A stretch of 63,767 nucleotides of DNA, the filler included, from Choristocarpus tenellus KU-1152 (Eukaryota > Protista > Phaeophyceae): assembly GCA_964200185.2 (NCBI GenBank). It is 12 parts of 12 records of this genome, joined end to end, with 100 filler letters (N's around TTAATTAATTAA, not from the genome) between each part and the next. Parts side by side here need not be neighbours in the genome. Positions count along the whole stretch, not along the records: positions 51,292 to 55,135 come from CAXNAD020017609.1; positions 55,236 to 58,164 come from CAXNAD020023578.1; positions 58,265 to 60,985 come from CAXNAD020025320.1; positions 61,086 to 63,767 come from CAXNAD020025690.1; 8 more parts are not named here. One strand, 5' to 3'. The translations under genes were made by a program, and so were the position numbers. This document shows, piece by piece, positions 52,751 through 63,767 of the stretch (its first letter is position 1; each line of letters opens with the position of its first letter). Below the pieces are notes generated by a model. That model saw only the letters and a list, made by a program, of their open reading frames with translations. It made no database searches and was not told the origin of the DNA.

Positions 52751-54661
52751 CCATCCCCTCCCGAAACATATCATACCATGTCCTCTCCCATTTTGAATAG
52801 ATGTGTGAGAGAACAAGTCGAACCTGTATTGCAAGGAACCCTGTCATGATATCCTGTACAGGTGTGTATCATCACCCAAGAAGGTGGGCTCAAGATTGTA
52901 GTTTCGTGCATGGCACGGGTACACTATTACATTATTAGGACACTATTTGGAATTGGGAAGGTAGAGAAGGAGAGGGAGAGGGTGCAAAGCTATCCATTGT
53001 AACGGTGCTAACACCGGAAATCATCGAATTGCTGCAGATAGTTCGGGTTATAGGATATTTGACAGGGTTTGAGCAAAAGCCCCTAATTGCCACGACATTC
53101 GCTAACGCGTTTTAGGGGGAGTCATCACCGGGGGAAATAGGTGGTGTTAGCTTGCATTCCATGGCGGTACAGTGGGTTTATCTAAGGTGTAGTTAGTGGA
53201 AGTACAAGAAGAGGTCGGGCAGATTGGGCGTAGTATATGTCAATCAAGTGTTGAGGCTCATAGCCTGTTGGAACCTGAATCGAATGCATCCTATATGCAA
53301 GGAAATTCGTAGACTACGAGTGAGGAGGAATCACGGTTTGTAAAGCACTGATGTGTAGAATGCGTAGTTTGTGTTGCGAGCAGATATGATTGTGCTGCAA
53401 AGCACTGATGTATTAATTCTGTTGCAACTGAGGTCATTGGTCTCTCAGACAAGAATGATGTGATACGAATTCAGTGTTCTTTCATGAGATGCTCGACGAA
53501 AGAAGTCCATGCTCTGTGCTTGTTACCTTGGCTGACTAGGGTTTCCGTAGATGGTTTTACCCAGGTGTGCGTCAGGTACACTTATTGCAGAGTAAACTTG
53601 GTGCATTGTGAGGGATCAATTGGCAGCCAAGAAAGAAAAAATAATCAACAATCAACGTACAACTGTCATCTTCTGCTGATAAGAAGAGTGAAAAAAATAG
53701 AAGGGAACAAGAGAACAAAATTGAACAATATATCAGAGGGCATAATAATAATAGTATATGTGATGCATCTCAAGTGACGTGTACTATTCCTGTGTGTGGA
53801 ACACAGAGCTTCTGCTGTACTGCGGTGTTCTGACGGTAATTGATGTGGTGATGATGAACTTGTAACAGAAACGACCAGTAGTGCGTAACAGACCAATCAA
53901 CAGTCAGTGTTGATGGGTGGAATTGTAGCCTATCAAGGAAAAAAGGATGAGTAACCTACGTATTAACAGATGTTAAGTTCTGTGTAAACTAAGGAACGTG
54001 CCTCCATGTAGTACCAGTACTGCGAAGTAATGAATTGGTCACACAGGATTGAATGTTTAGGGAAAGAAGTTTATGTTGTGGTTAGACACTTTTGATTGAG
54101 TGAAGGCACACTGCATTGCTTAAGGTGTGTTTTGTGCGGTCTTCATTCTCGTATGATATTGATGACACAGGGTTGTTCCACTTGATTATTTATCTTCTGC
54201 CGTTAGAAGCAGAATGTAGAGGTTTATCACAGTAGATGAGAAACAACACTCCAGACGTCCAACATGCAACACATAAATCATTAGTTCACCTGATGTGTAA
54301 GTAGGATAGACCTTAGTTTTAGGTTCAGTTGGTTCCGAGAGTAAGCATGATACTAATGTCAAGCAAATGCACTCTCTTGACCACCAAATCCACTATTTGC
54401 ATTAGATGCTAGATCTCAAATCAACTAATCTAGTACCATTGATAATCGTTCTTGTGTGTGCTGTGCAAAGTGATATTTGCATAACCTTTCAAGAATTATA
54501 TATGATATGTGAGCAGTAGATATATATATATATATATATTCGTTTCACCCTCCTACGTAGAAAATTATTTCTGAAGTTTCTTTGGGCTATGAACAAATTA
54601 TGCCTATTCCTGACTACTCCGCTACCTCCTCTTGGTTGTGATGATTCTTTTTTGGCGTCAG

Positions 54662-54765
54662 ATCGTAAATCCTCTGATCTGTACAAGAAGGATTGCAGCG
54701 ATCGAAAGTCTGCCCCGCCCAACCTTCAAGGAAAAGACGGGATGGAGGTCCTTGAAAGGGCAGAG
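54662..54765 (+). CDS. Possible isolated exon, product unknown
   Basis: Pyrimidine tract and cag acceptor, open frames, GTGTGT donor. No recognisable motif. Confidence 0.3.
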
Positions 54766-54947
54766 GTGTGTATATACGTACATGCCACTCTCAAGCTTTC
54801 AAACACACGCATACTATTCATTGGCCTGTAGGGAGTCTCATGGACTGCATTTGGTCTCCTTTCTGTTCTGTATCAGATGTGTTTTTCTCCTAGTTTTTTC
54901 ATCCTCAGCCAACTCTACTCTCTCTCCTCGTGTCAACAGTGAGACCA

Positions 54948-55127
54948 GACTCAACGTGTCTGGGAGGGGGGTGGTGGTCTACACCAGGGTGTCCATTTGG
55001 GTCAAAATCATGAAAAGTGCATTTACAGTAACCATCCGACGTATGCAACCAAATTACCCAAAAATCGCTACATGAAAAAATCGACCCCAAATGGACAGCC
55101 GCCACCCCCTCCCAGATACTTTGAGCC
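54948..55127. mobile_element. MITE family A, full copy (a further right end at 55236-55257)
   Basis: gactcaacgtgtctggg...cagatactttgagcc; ACCA on both flanks. Confidence 0.88.
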
Positions 55128-56325
55128 ACCACTAGNNNNNNNNNNNNNNNNNNNNNNNNNNNNNNNNNNNNNNNNNNNNTTAATTAATTAANNNNNNNNN
55201 NNNNNNNNNNNNNNNNNNNNNNNNNNNNNNNNNNNCCCCCCCCAGATACTTTGACCCATCTATATGATTTGAAGTACAGTAGAACAGTTAGGTGGATGCC
55301 CGAGTGACGAAATTGTTTATTGATTTTTTTTTCTGGTGAAAGTTTAGAGTTCAAATCCCAACCCCGCTGGGGTTTTTTTGCTACGCAATGGAAATTGTAA
55401 TACTGTTAAAGTGGGGTTTTATTTTGAAGTCTTCATGCCCAGCTGAGCGGTTCGTGTAGTTGAAGGCCTTCAAGACTGTGAACAAGGGGAGGAGTTTTGA
55501 CGTGTTTTGAGAAGGTGTTTTATGGGGGGGGAGGGGGAGGTGTTGGTAGTATTGAAATATCTGTAGTTGGCCTTCATTGTGCGTATGGTGTATCATGCGT
55601 CTGTAATATTATAATAGCTGGACACTAACAATGCCACTTGCTGGTAGCACTACAGAGCACTACGGGGAGAGATGCAATATAGAATGAACCCAAGTTTATA
55701 ATTTAATGCAGATATCTGCAGTTAAGTAAACTCTTTTTTTAGGATTGGTTGCCTTGTTAGTTCAGCTGTAAGTGGCCCTTAAGACACAACAACACATTGT
55801 GGTATCCTATGTGGTTGTTTTTGCATTTGGAGATACACATGTATGGAGTAGGATATTCGCCATTGGTACTGTAACCCTAACCCTAACCATGTAATGAACT
55901 TTTAGTTTAAAAGAGACTATTGGGTTGAAGTGGTCCCTGGTGCCTCTTCCACCCTTGACCTATGAGCATGATATACCCTGCCCGTGGTTGATTTCACTGA
56001 AGAGGGGTAAGTATCATATGTATCGTGTGTTTACTGTCCAGGAACAGGATTGTCTTTTGTAGTTTCCTAACCTCATGGAAGCAGGTTTGTTGTGGTTGAG
56101 GAATAACATGCCCTTTTTTTTCTGTCTCCTTGGAAGTGTATTTTTTTGTTATCATTATTTTTATTATTTATTGTTATTGCATACCCCTTCTGCACCCGTT
56201 CTTTGCTTGACCTGTGGTTGGGAATTATCTGTTTTGTACCAACTTGGAGGCGTAAGACTAGGGTATCACAGGCCCGCTGGGTGGGTAGCTATTCCATACC
56301 CGTGCGCTGTCCTGCTGCAAAGAGT

Positions 56326-56366
<41 letters not shown>

Positions 56367-58502
56367 AAGAAAATAAGATTATTAATAATAGATCTAATAA
56401 ATCTAATTTTTATAAATTTAATTCTAATAATACTGATCAACCTAAAGACTCAGAAGCAGCTAAAGATACTAAAATTACAAAAAATGACTTCTTAGGTTCT
56501 GGAAAGTATCTAAATGAAATGATGAAATACCTAACAGATGATGTATGCAACACTTTAAGAGCAAGCAGTGGTAGAAACTTTACAGATAGAGTTGATGCAT
56601 AGCGAACCAACAAGGTAAAAGTATAGAAATTGTAGCATAGATTATTTGATCCATGACCATAATTATGCTCTATGTTGTAACCTTNNNNNNNNNNCTATTA
56701 AAACATTCATTCTCTATTTTCCAACGAGCTCTTGCTGCATCTATAATAGGTTTGGCGTTATCTGCTTTATCCATTTGCCATAGTACTGGCTTTTGTTAGT
56801 ACCGTCTTGTTGTGTATATTGTCATGCCTTTGACCATTCAATTCCCCACTCTAAATGTTGGGTAGGGCAGTGGGGAGGGGAAGGGATAGGATGCAACAGC
56901 AAGTCTTGTGTGTTTTGCAAGGTTTGATTCATGTTGGTTGTTGCTGTGGCTTGGAGTTGCACATGACTTTTTTTTGGTTACTAGTGCTGGCTGCTAGTGC
57001 AGGTGCCATGTTTTTGTTTTTTTTTGTGTGTCTCAAGCCACCCTCGAATGCCAGTGTTCTTAGTTGTCCTTGACCTGCTTGGCAACTCTCTTGCAGGGCA
57101 ACTGGTTAAAGATGAAGTGGAGGACGAATTGGCTATGGTGAGCAAAGGGCTTGTGCTTGGTAACTAGTCCTAGTCCTAGTCCGTGGGAAGACGATTTTTT
57201 TAAATATACATATATGTATATATATATATATATAGCATCTTCTGTTTTTGTGTTCATTAACTGCCGTCGCTGAGTCAGAGATTTGAATCTGTTGCCTCGT
57301 GTGTACAGAAGGCGGTCACGCTGAGGTATGTACCACATAAGAGATTAGTCTTTCTTTGTGTTGTTGTAAGAGATCAGAGATGAGTATTTCTTGTTGTTAT
57401 GTGCTCGGTGTCCAGCTCCTCCTCCTTCTCCTCTTCCTCCTCCTCCTGCTTGTTTTTCCTCCAGTGGAGTTAATTGACTTTGTCCAGAGTGCCGCCTGGT
57501 GGTATACACAATGGAGTGTAGACTAACTGTAGGTACTGATCGATAGTGTAGACTAACTGCCTTGCCTATGATTGGCCCGTAGTGTACACTACGCCTCTTG
57601 GGGCGAGAGAATTGAGAAGGTTGGGAATTTTTTTTTCTTCTAAAGTCTGACAGACGCTCCTCGACCGTCGACACAAGAATTTTTTTTTCGATTTTTTTTC
57701 GATTTTTTACCACGGAAAGCACACGTCCAATGACATCGTCCAATGACATCGTCCAATGACATTGTGGCAATTGTCAGTCATTACGCACTAGAGTACGTAC
57801 TGCAGTTGCCAAGAGTCCAAAAAAAAAGAGGTAGAAAATTGTACAAAGAAGAAAGAAAGAGCTTTTGACAAACACACGTAAATATATATATATATATACA
57901 TATACATATACATATACATATATCCCTTTTTTTTCTTGCCCCCTGGCCCTGGCCCTGGCCCCGGCCCCGGCCCCGGCCCCTCTCTCTGAGAAGCAAGCCT
58001 TTTTGAAGTAGTGGTGTGTGAAGAACTTCCCAAATTGTCTTGTCCGTCCCTGACATGCTGCTTTTTCCGTTGTCGTGTGTGGGGGGGGGGGGGGTAAAGG
58101 TGGGTTGTGGGAGGCTACTACGTATCGGCTTCGCTGTTCAACATGAGATGGGAGGAGCGTCGTGNNNNNNNNNNNNNNNNNNNNNNNNNNNNNNNNNNNN
58201 NNNNNNNNTTAATTAATTAANNNNNNNNNNNNNNNNNNNNNNNNNNNNNNNNNNNNNNNNNNNNGGGGGGGGGGATCGGAGGCTCCACTCCATTGGTATT
58301 GGTGGGAAATATAATATGCTCGCCGCTATTGGTCTGAATGCATGTCAGCTGTGAATATTTTTGTGCAAGTATGGAAGTAGAATATTGTTAGATGCAGAAA
58401 CATTCTGCTGTTGTGAGGAGCAGGAGCGGGAGTCGGCTCAAGAATTGAAAAATGATTCTATTGTTTTAAGTTTTGTTATTCTATCTTTTCTTTTATTGTT
58501 TT

Positions 58503-59012
58503 TTTAGATGAGTAGGCATTTCATGTTGTGTTGAAAGATTTTGACAGTTCGATTCCTATTTCATTTATTCTATTTTTTATTTTATTTTTATTTTAGATGA
58601 GTAGGCATTTCATGTTGTGTTGAATTATTTTTATCAGTTCGGTTCCTATTTCATTGATTCTGTTTTTTCTGCTATTGTTATTTAGATAAGTAGACATTTC
58701 ATGTTGTGTGGAACAATTTTATCAATTCGGTTCCTATTTCATTGATTCTGTTTTTTCTTCTATTGTTATTTAGATAAGTAGACATTTCATGTTGTGTGGA
58801 ATTATTTTCAACAATTCGGTTCCTATTTCATTGATTCTATTACTTCTCTTAGTTGTTTTTAGATAAATAGACATTTCATGTTGTTTGGAACGATTTTATC
58901 AATTCAGTTCCTATTTCATTGATTCTACTATTTCATCTGTTGTTACTCCAATAACTACATACAAATTTCATGTTGTGTGGAAATGATTCCGACAATTCGG
59001 TTCCTATTTCCA
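58503..59012. repeat. ~89-bp AT-rich tandem array, about 6 diverged units
   Basis: tttagat.agtag.catttcatgttgtg...ttcggttcctatttc at about 58503, 58592, 58681, 58769, 58858 and 58947. Confidence 0.92.
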
Positions 59013-59075
59013 TTGCACGTACATGATACTCAGGCAATACTTCAGTATATCAAGTCCAGACAAATTCTTCCGCAC

Positions 59076-59347
59076 AGGCAATGGGTAAAATGTTCCAATT
59101 TGTCACACTTAACAACTACTAGGCAATGGGTAAAACGTTACAATTCGTCACACTTAACAACTACCAGGCAATGGGTAAAACGTTACAATTCGTCACACTT
59201 AACAACTACCAGGCAATGGGTAAAACGTTACAATTCGTCACACTTAACAACTACCAGGCAATGGGTAAAACGTTACAATTCGTCACACTTAACAACTACC
59301 AGGCAATGGGTAAAACGTTACAATTCGTCACACTTAACAACTACCAG
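59076..59347. repeat. 45-bp tandem array, 6 units (5 identical)
   Basis: aggcaatgggtaaaacgttacaattcgtcacacttaacaactacc. Confidence 0.96.
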
Positions 59348-61085
59348 TCCCACCAGTTTCGAATATGAAAAGAGAGGTGTTAAAAAAAAATAAATGCTTG
59401 TCTTCATGTACTCAACCCTCCAAGAGTGTGGTTAGGCTTTTGGAAGGGAGGGGGGCCACTGTGTTGTGTTCCCCTCATGGGTATGCAGAAATCCGGTGCT
59501 ATTGATGATCGCCTGCCTTCAGTGTACAGAGCAGGGTGGTCAGTGCCTGGTGTCAGTTACAGTGACAGTTACAAGTGTATCTACATGGGGTCAACCTCTA
59601 GTGACAGCTACGCCTGTCTTTAAAGTCCTTCAAGGTCATTGCTCCTTAAGGACAACATTGGCTGCACCTGGATGTACTGATATTAACTGATATTAACCAG
59701 TTTGGGTGTGACATGATGCGTGACTTGGGTTGTGAAAATCAGGTACTTCATGAGAGGCCACTGTGGCATGGGCAAGCACTGTCTACATATGCATGACAAG
59801 GGTGTTAGAGAGGAGCAACAACGGGCAGAGGGTTGTGGGGTGACTCGGTCCAGAAAGCGCAAATTTCCCAGGTAGGGTTAGGGTGAAAGCGCTTCGTCTG
59901 AATCATAGTTTTTATATTGTTTTATAGGCGTTTGTAAAGATTATGGTATTTGTTCTATATTTCAATCCCTCTTTTTGAAATATATTATTTTTGTGTGAAA
60001 GTATTTGATTTGTATTATTATTTTTTGTTGATGATACTAGTGTTTCTACATATTATTTTCCTACCATGGCAGGTAGTAGCGTCACCAATTTCTTTTTCTT
60101 TGTGTATACTGTTTGACCTTTGTGCTTCCGCGACCATAAAAAAAAGAAAAAAGAATGTGGGTTTTTCAATCTTAAAAAGACATTGTGTTGGGTGAGTAGA
60201 ACGATGGGGGATGTCCGCTGGAGGGTTTACTTTTCCTTTGGGAGGCGTTACATCTTGTTTTTTCTCGGTTGCGATTTCTGTCTTCATGTGTATGGTCTGT
60301 TGGTTAAAATATATATATATATATATGTATATATGTATATATTGACCAGCTGGTTATTGTGAGGTGAATTCTAATTTCCATGTGGGATAGTTTTTGCCAA
60401 GAATGAGACGGGGTTCTTGTCTCGAATCCTGCAAAGATGTATCCTTTGAGGTGTTTTCTGGACAAGAGATGATCAAACCCTTTTCTTTTTCCCCTGCAAA
60501 GATTGAATTGCATTTCCCATTTCGTACCCCAGTAATAGCAGAAAAGAAAAAATAATCACGGGCTATGTATAATCGGCCCTACCCCAGGAGTTACTTTGTA
60601 AGGAGGTGAGGCTCACAGGGCAAGAGAAAGGAGTCGGTCCAACTTTTCGACCATAATTGTTGTTCTAGCGGGTTGTATAATTTTTTGTTTGTTTGTTGGA
60701 TGTCATCCTCGACTGTGAGAAAGATCCAGTCCCTTTTCCTTTCCTCTCCTTTCCCTTCACATGAATAGGAGTACTGCAATAGTGTTTTTGCTGGTGGGGA
60801 GGTTCGGCAGAGTATTACTTCTCAAAAAAAGCACCTTTTGTTTTTTTTTGTGGTTTGACCCGTGCTGTTTCTGCTAGGTGCAGAACGGGTTGATCCTATT
60901 GGGCAGGTGTAAAATAGATGCACTCCTATTGGCTAGGGGCGTTTCCTTTCGTCCCGTATCCCCTCTCCCCCAGTTGTTTGCTGTTNNNNNNNNNNNNNNN
61001 NNNNNNNNNNNNNNNNNNNNNNNNNNNNNTTAATTAATTAANNNNNNNNNNNNNNNNNNNNNNNNNNNNNNNNNNNNNNNNNNNN

Positions 61086-61159
61086 TTTCTCCTGATTTTT
61101 GTTCAAATGGACACCCTGGTGTAGACCCCCCCCCCCCCCCAACCCAGATACTCTGGGTC
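61086..61159. mobile_element. MITE family A, terminal fragment at contig start
   Basis: aaatggacaccctggtgtagacccc...cagatactctgggtc. Confidence 0.8.
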
Positions 61160-63767
61160 ATGTACTATGGGATTGAAGCTTGACCAGAACAGAATACTAA
61201 TCAGGTGTCTGGTCGAATCCATGAAGGGATACATACATCTGCTATGCTCTGCACGATCTGCACTATACATTGACGGAAGAGTCTCTACGTGTCAGAATGA
61301 GACTCGTTTCCTCATGCCAATTTAATTTACTGCCAAATATTGAATTGCACAGAGGTGTGATCTTACGTGGAACTCCTCATTTAGCACCAAACTTGTCTAG
61401 ACGATACAGGAGCGGGCCTCATAATGCAAAGAGTAAATACACTAAGGATATTTATATCCTATGGACAGACACAAAAGCTGAGGATACTTATCATTGTCAC
61501 CAGACACCACCCTCTTCCTTTTTTTTTGTAAGTCCTCCATCTCGGGGAGTGTTTGAGGAGATGGTTGTCCCAGAAAGTGACTTTTTTTGTTTTGTTTTGT
61601 GATCTTTTTTGGTGTTTTGTTGGGCACCAAGTTCTAGCGAGATTTTATACCTGATGTGAGGGATGTTCCCCGCAAGAGATGTACAAGTAGAGAATGATGA
61701 CTCGATTACTAGCCTCGACATTTCTGGACCTTGAAATTTGGATTGTTCATAGTTTCGACCAGAAAACATAAGACCAATCAAGATGTGGGCTACATATACT
61801 GAGTCGAAGTATATGAGAGGTTACCCGGGGTTGCAATTTTTAAGGAAAGCTGACAAAAATGTGCACATTTTATTTAGCTTCTTCTAGAAATGCGTATGCA
61901 TTATTTTTCTGAACTCTGAAGAAATTGATAACAAAAGAGAAATCAACGCTCTCAAATCAATCTTGGTACTTCGTCCATAGAATAAGGTTGAGTTGCAATA
62001 GAGTTGGAGAATGGCTAAAAATGGAAAATGGCCAATACCTGGGTACCTCTTGTTCGGTTCACTCTATGTCTGAAACAATGAAGCCGAAAAAAATATTCAT
62101 AGAGTCCAACAAAAGAAGTGTTACACTGTAAGTTCATATAGGCGATTACTAAACCGTTTTATGGGACTTACACCCTGTAACATCCTGTCAGGGCCCTGGC
62201 CTGTAGTACTTTCATCAGCCCTGTAAGCCAGTGTGAAGGTCAAAGTTACGCACAGACCTACAGTTTGTTGCACATTCATGTACGTTTAGATTGGTCATCT
62301 CCTTCTGTACAGGGCAGCCACAGACCCCCTGCCACAGCCTTTGTGGTGTTGCTGGAGTGTCGTGGTTGCTAGCTGATGGAGGGAACTCCTGCATTTTTTC
62401 TCTCAGCGCAGCCCCAACTTTCTCTTCTGCCCAGGAACAGATTTAGCCAATGCCTCCCCTCCTGGTAGTGCTGCTGGAGCACTGTGACTCCTTAGCCGAG
62501 GGATCTTGTCCTTTCCTTTTCCCTCGGGCACAGACCCCCATGAGCTTACCCTGGCACACACACACCCTGTTCGTGTATTTATTGAGGTTCTGGCCCCCTC
62601 CTTGGCCATTGAGTGTGGAGCTTCTCCTCCTCCTTCCCTCCCAGTACAACCCCCCGTGTTACCCTGACACTGCTCTCTGTGCGGGGCACGCCGGTAATTA
62701 ACCCCGTTATTGTTTGTAGAATGCCCGCAGTTGAAGGGGGGAGAGTGACACAGCACTACCAAAATACCTCAACCTACGCACGTCTTAGTCTGCTGTAGCG
62801 GGATCAGACAAATGGCATAGGTCCAAGCCGAGCATCCTCACTCGGTCACAATTCCTGCAGTTTCACATCAGTCCTCGTTGTGGAAGCACACAGTGGCCCA
62901 CTACTAGTATGATCAAAGAAGAGGGATTTGTTTCAAGGCACAGAAGAAAGGGGGAGAGAAATCGAGGGCGTCAAAAAAAATCTTAGTCTATGAGCCACAA
63001 ATGTGAATGTAGCAAAAATGAACGGAATGCACACCAAACTCGCAACTGGGTCTTTCTATTGAGTTGACGAAAGTGTAGGTGGCCAACCTCCCATCACCAA
63101 TGTTTTCCACGTGTCGGAAGATACGATGAAGTGAAGCCCATGCCCCCATTTCCAATCTCGAACGACACCCTTACATGGTCCATTCTGAGTTGCAGTAAAA
63201 GTAATATTTGTCGAGCGACACCTGTAGATCCTAGGGTACTGTCCACAAATTCCACACACTTTCGAGAGGAACGCAATCATGCTGGGAGCAACGAGCGCAA
63301 ACTGAGAGGCAAACACTGGTGGTCACTGATGGTAGTAATTACAAAGTCAAATATCCCTAAGGGATACTCACCCGTCCTACTTATAGCACTGAGTGGAAGT
63401 AAACTTTCGTATCCCTAAGCTATTGGACTTAAGGAAATTTGAGGGTATCACACGGATAGCGATCTAAGGCTCGACAAAGAGTCCCAACCTACCCCTCGTA
63501 ACTCATAATTATAACAAACATGGGATATATTTGTATAGGAACCCACATCCATTTTGTAGTTTACAAACTATAGTTATGCCCACTGAAGGGAGCAACAAAA
63601 GGAATATAAAAGTCAGCTGATACGATAAGCACGATAAGGACAGAGTCCAGTGTTGCTTACCGTATAGTCCTTCTTCTGATACAGTTTATAGTATTTTATT
63701 ATAATGCCCTCTGACATTTTGCAGATGTGTCAGGGGGGAAATCAATGAAAACTATATATATGTCGAG

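Noticed and set aside
56370-56660. AT-rich Asn/Lys ORF resembling gag
   Set aside because: No diagnostic motif; interrupted by stops and a gap.
58977-59393. ORFs with RQWVKRYNSSHLTTT-type repeats, and a CRISPR-like look
   Set aside because: These arise from a 45-bp tandem repeat with no unique spacers, and there are no cas genes.
60018-63420. Exon-like minus-strand segments and a CGICGQYP motif (KDZ/CxC-like?)
   Set aside because: Frames are broken and no catalytic motif can be confirmed.

Overview
This is eukaryotic, intron-rich, repeat-rich genomic DNA, about 40-45% GC by eye and visibly CpG-poor. TTAGGG seeds and gene style suggest a stramenopile, possibly brown-algal; the taxon is inference only. 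The window is 12 contigs joined by artificial 100-nt N44-TTAATTAATTAA-N44 linkers. Genes break at the linkers without continuing, so order across linkers is unreliable. Host genes reconstructed by hand: (1) a candidate two-TM ENaC/DEG- or PAC-like channel (minus strand, 4 exons, 997-4992); (2) a Cav/Nav-type channel covering repeat I S5-S6 and all of repeat II, ending in a broken donor and an early stop (minus, 7283-17058); (3) one RECQL4-like exon; (4) a Gln/Gly-rich exon; (5) a protein-kinase C-terminus with a long acidic tail; (6) an intronless 3-TM protein with an FDAPGS motif; (7) the 5' four exons of atlastin. Mobile DNA includes about 20 copies or fragments of two related MITE families with mixed 3/4-bp target-site duplications, plus copia, LINE and piggyBac relics, a decayed tandem-RING ORF and several satellites. 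The most unusual part is a CpG-rich island at about 25.7-34.4 kb. It holds two intron-containing ParB/Srx-fold genes, a hairpin cluster with a perfect 22-bp stem, a 232-bp tandem array and an orphan gene. It is a candidate ParB-carrying large mobile element.
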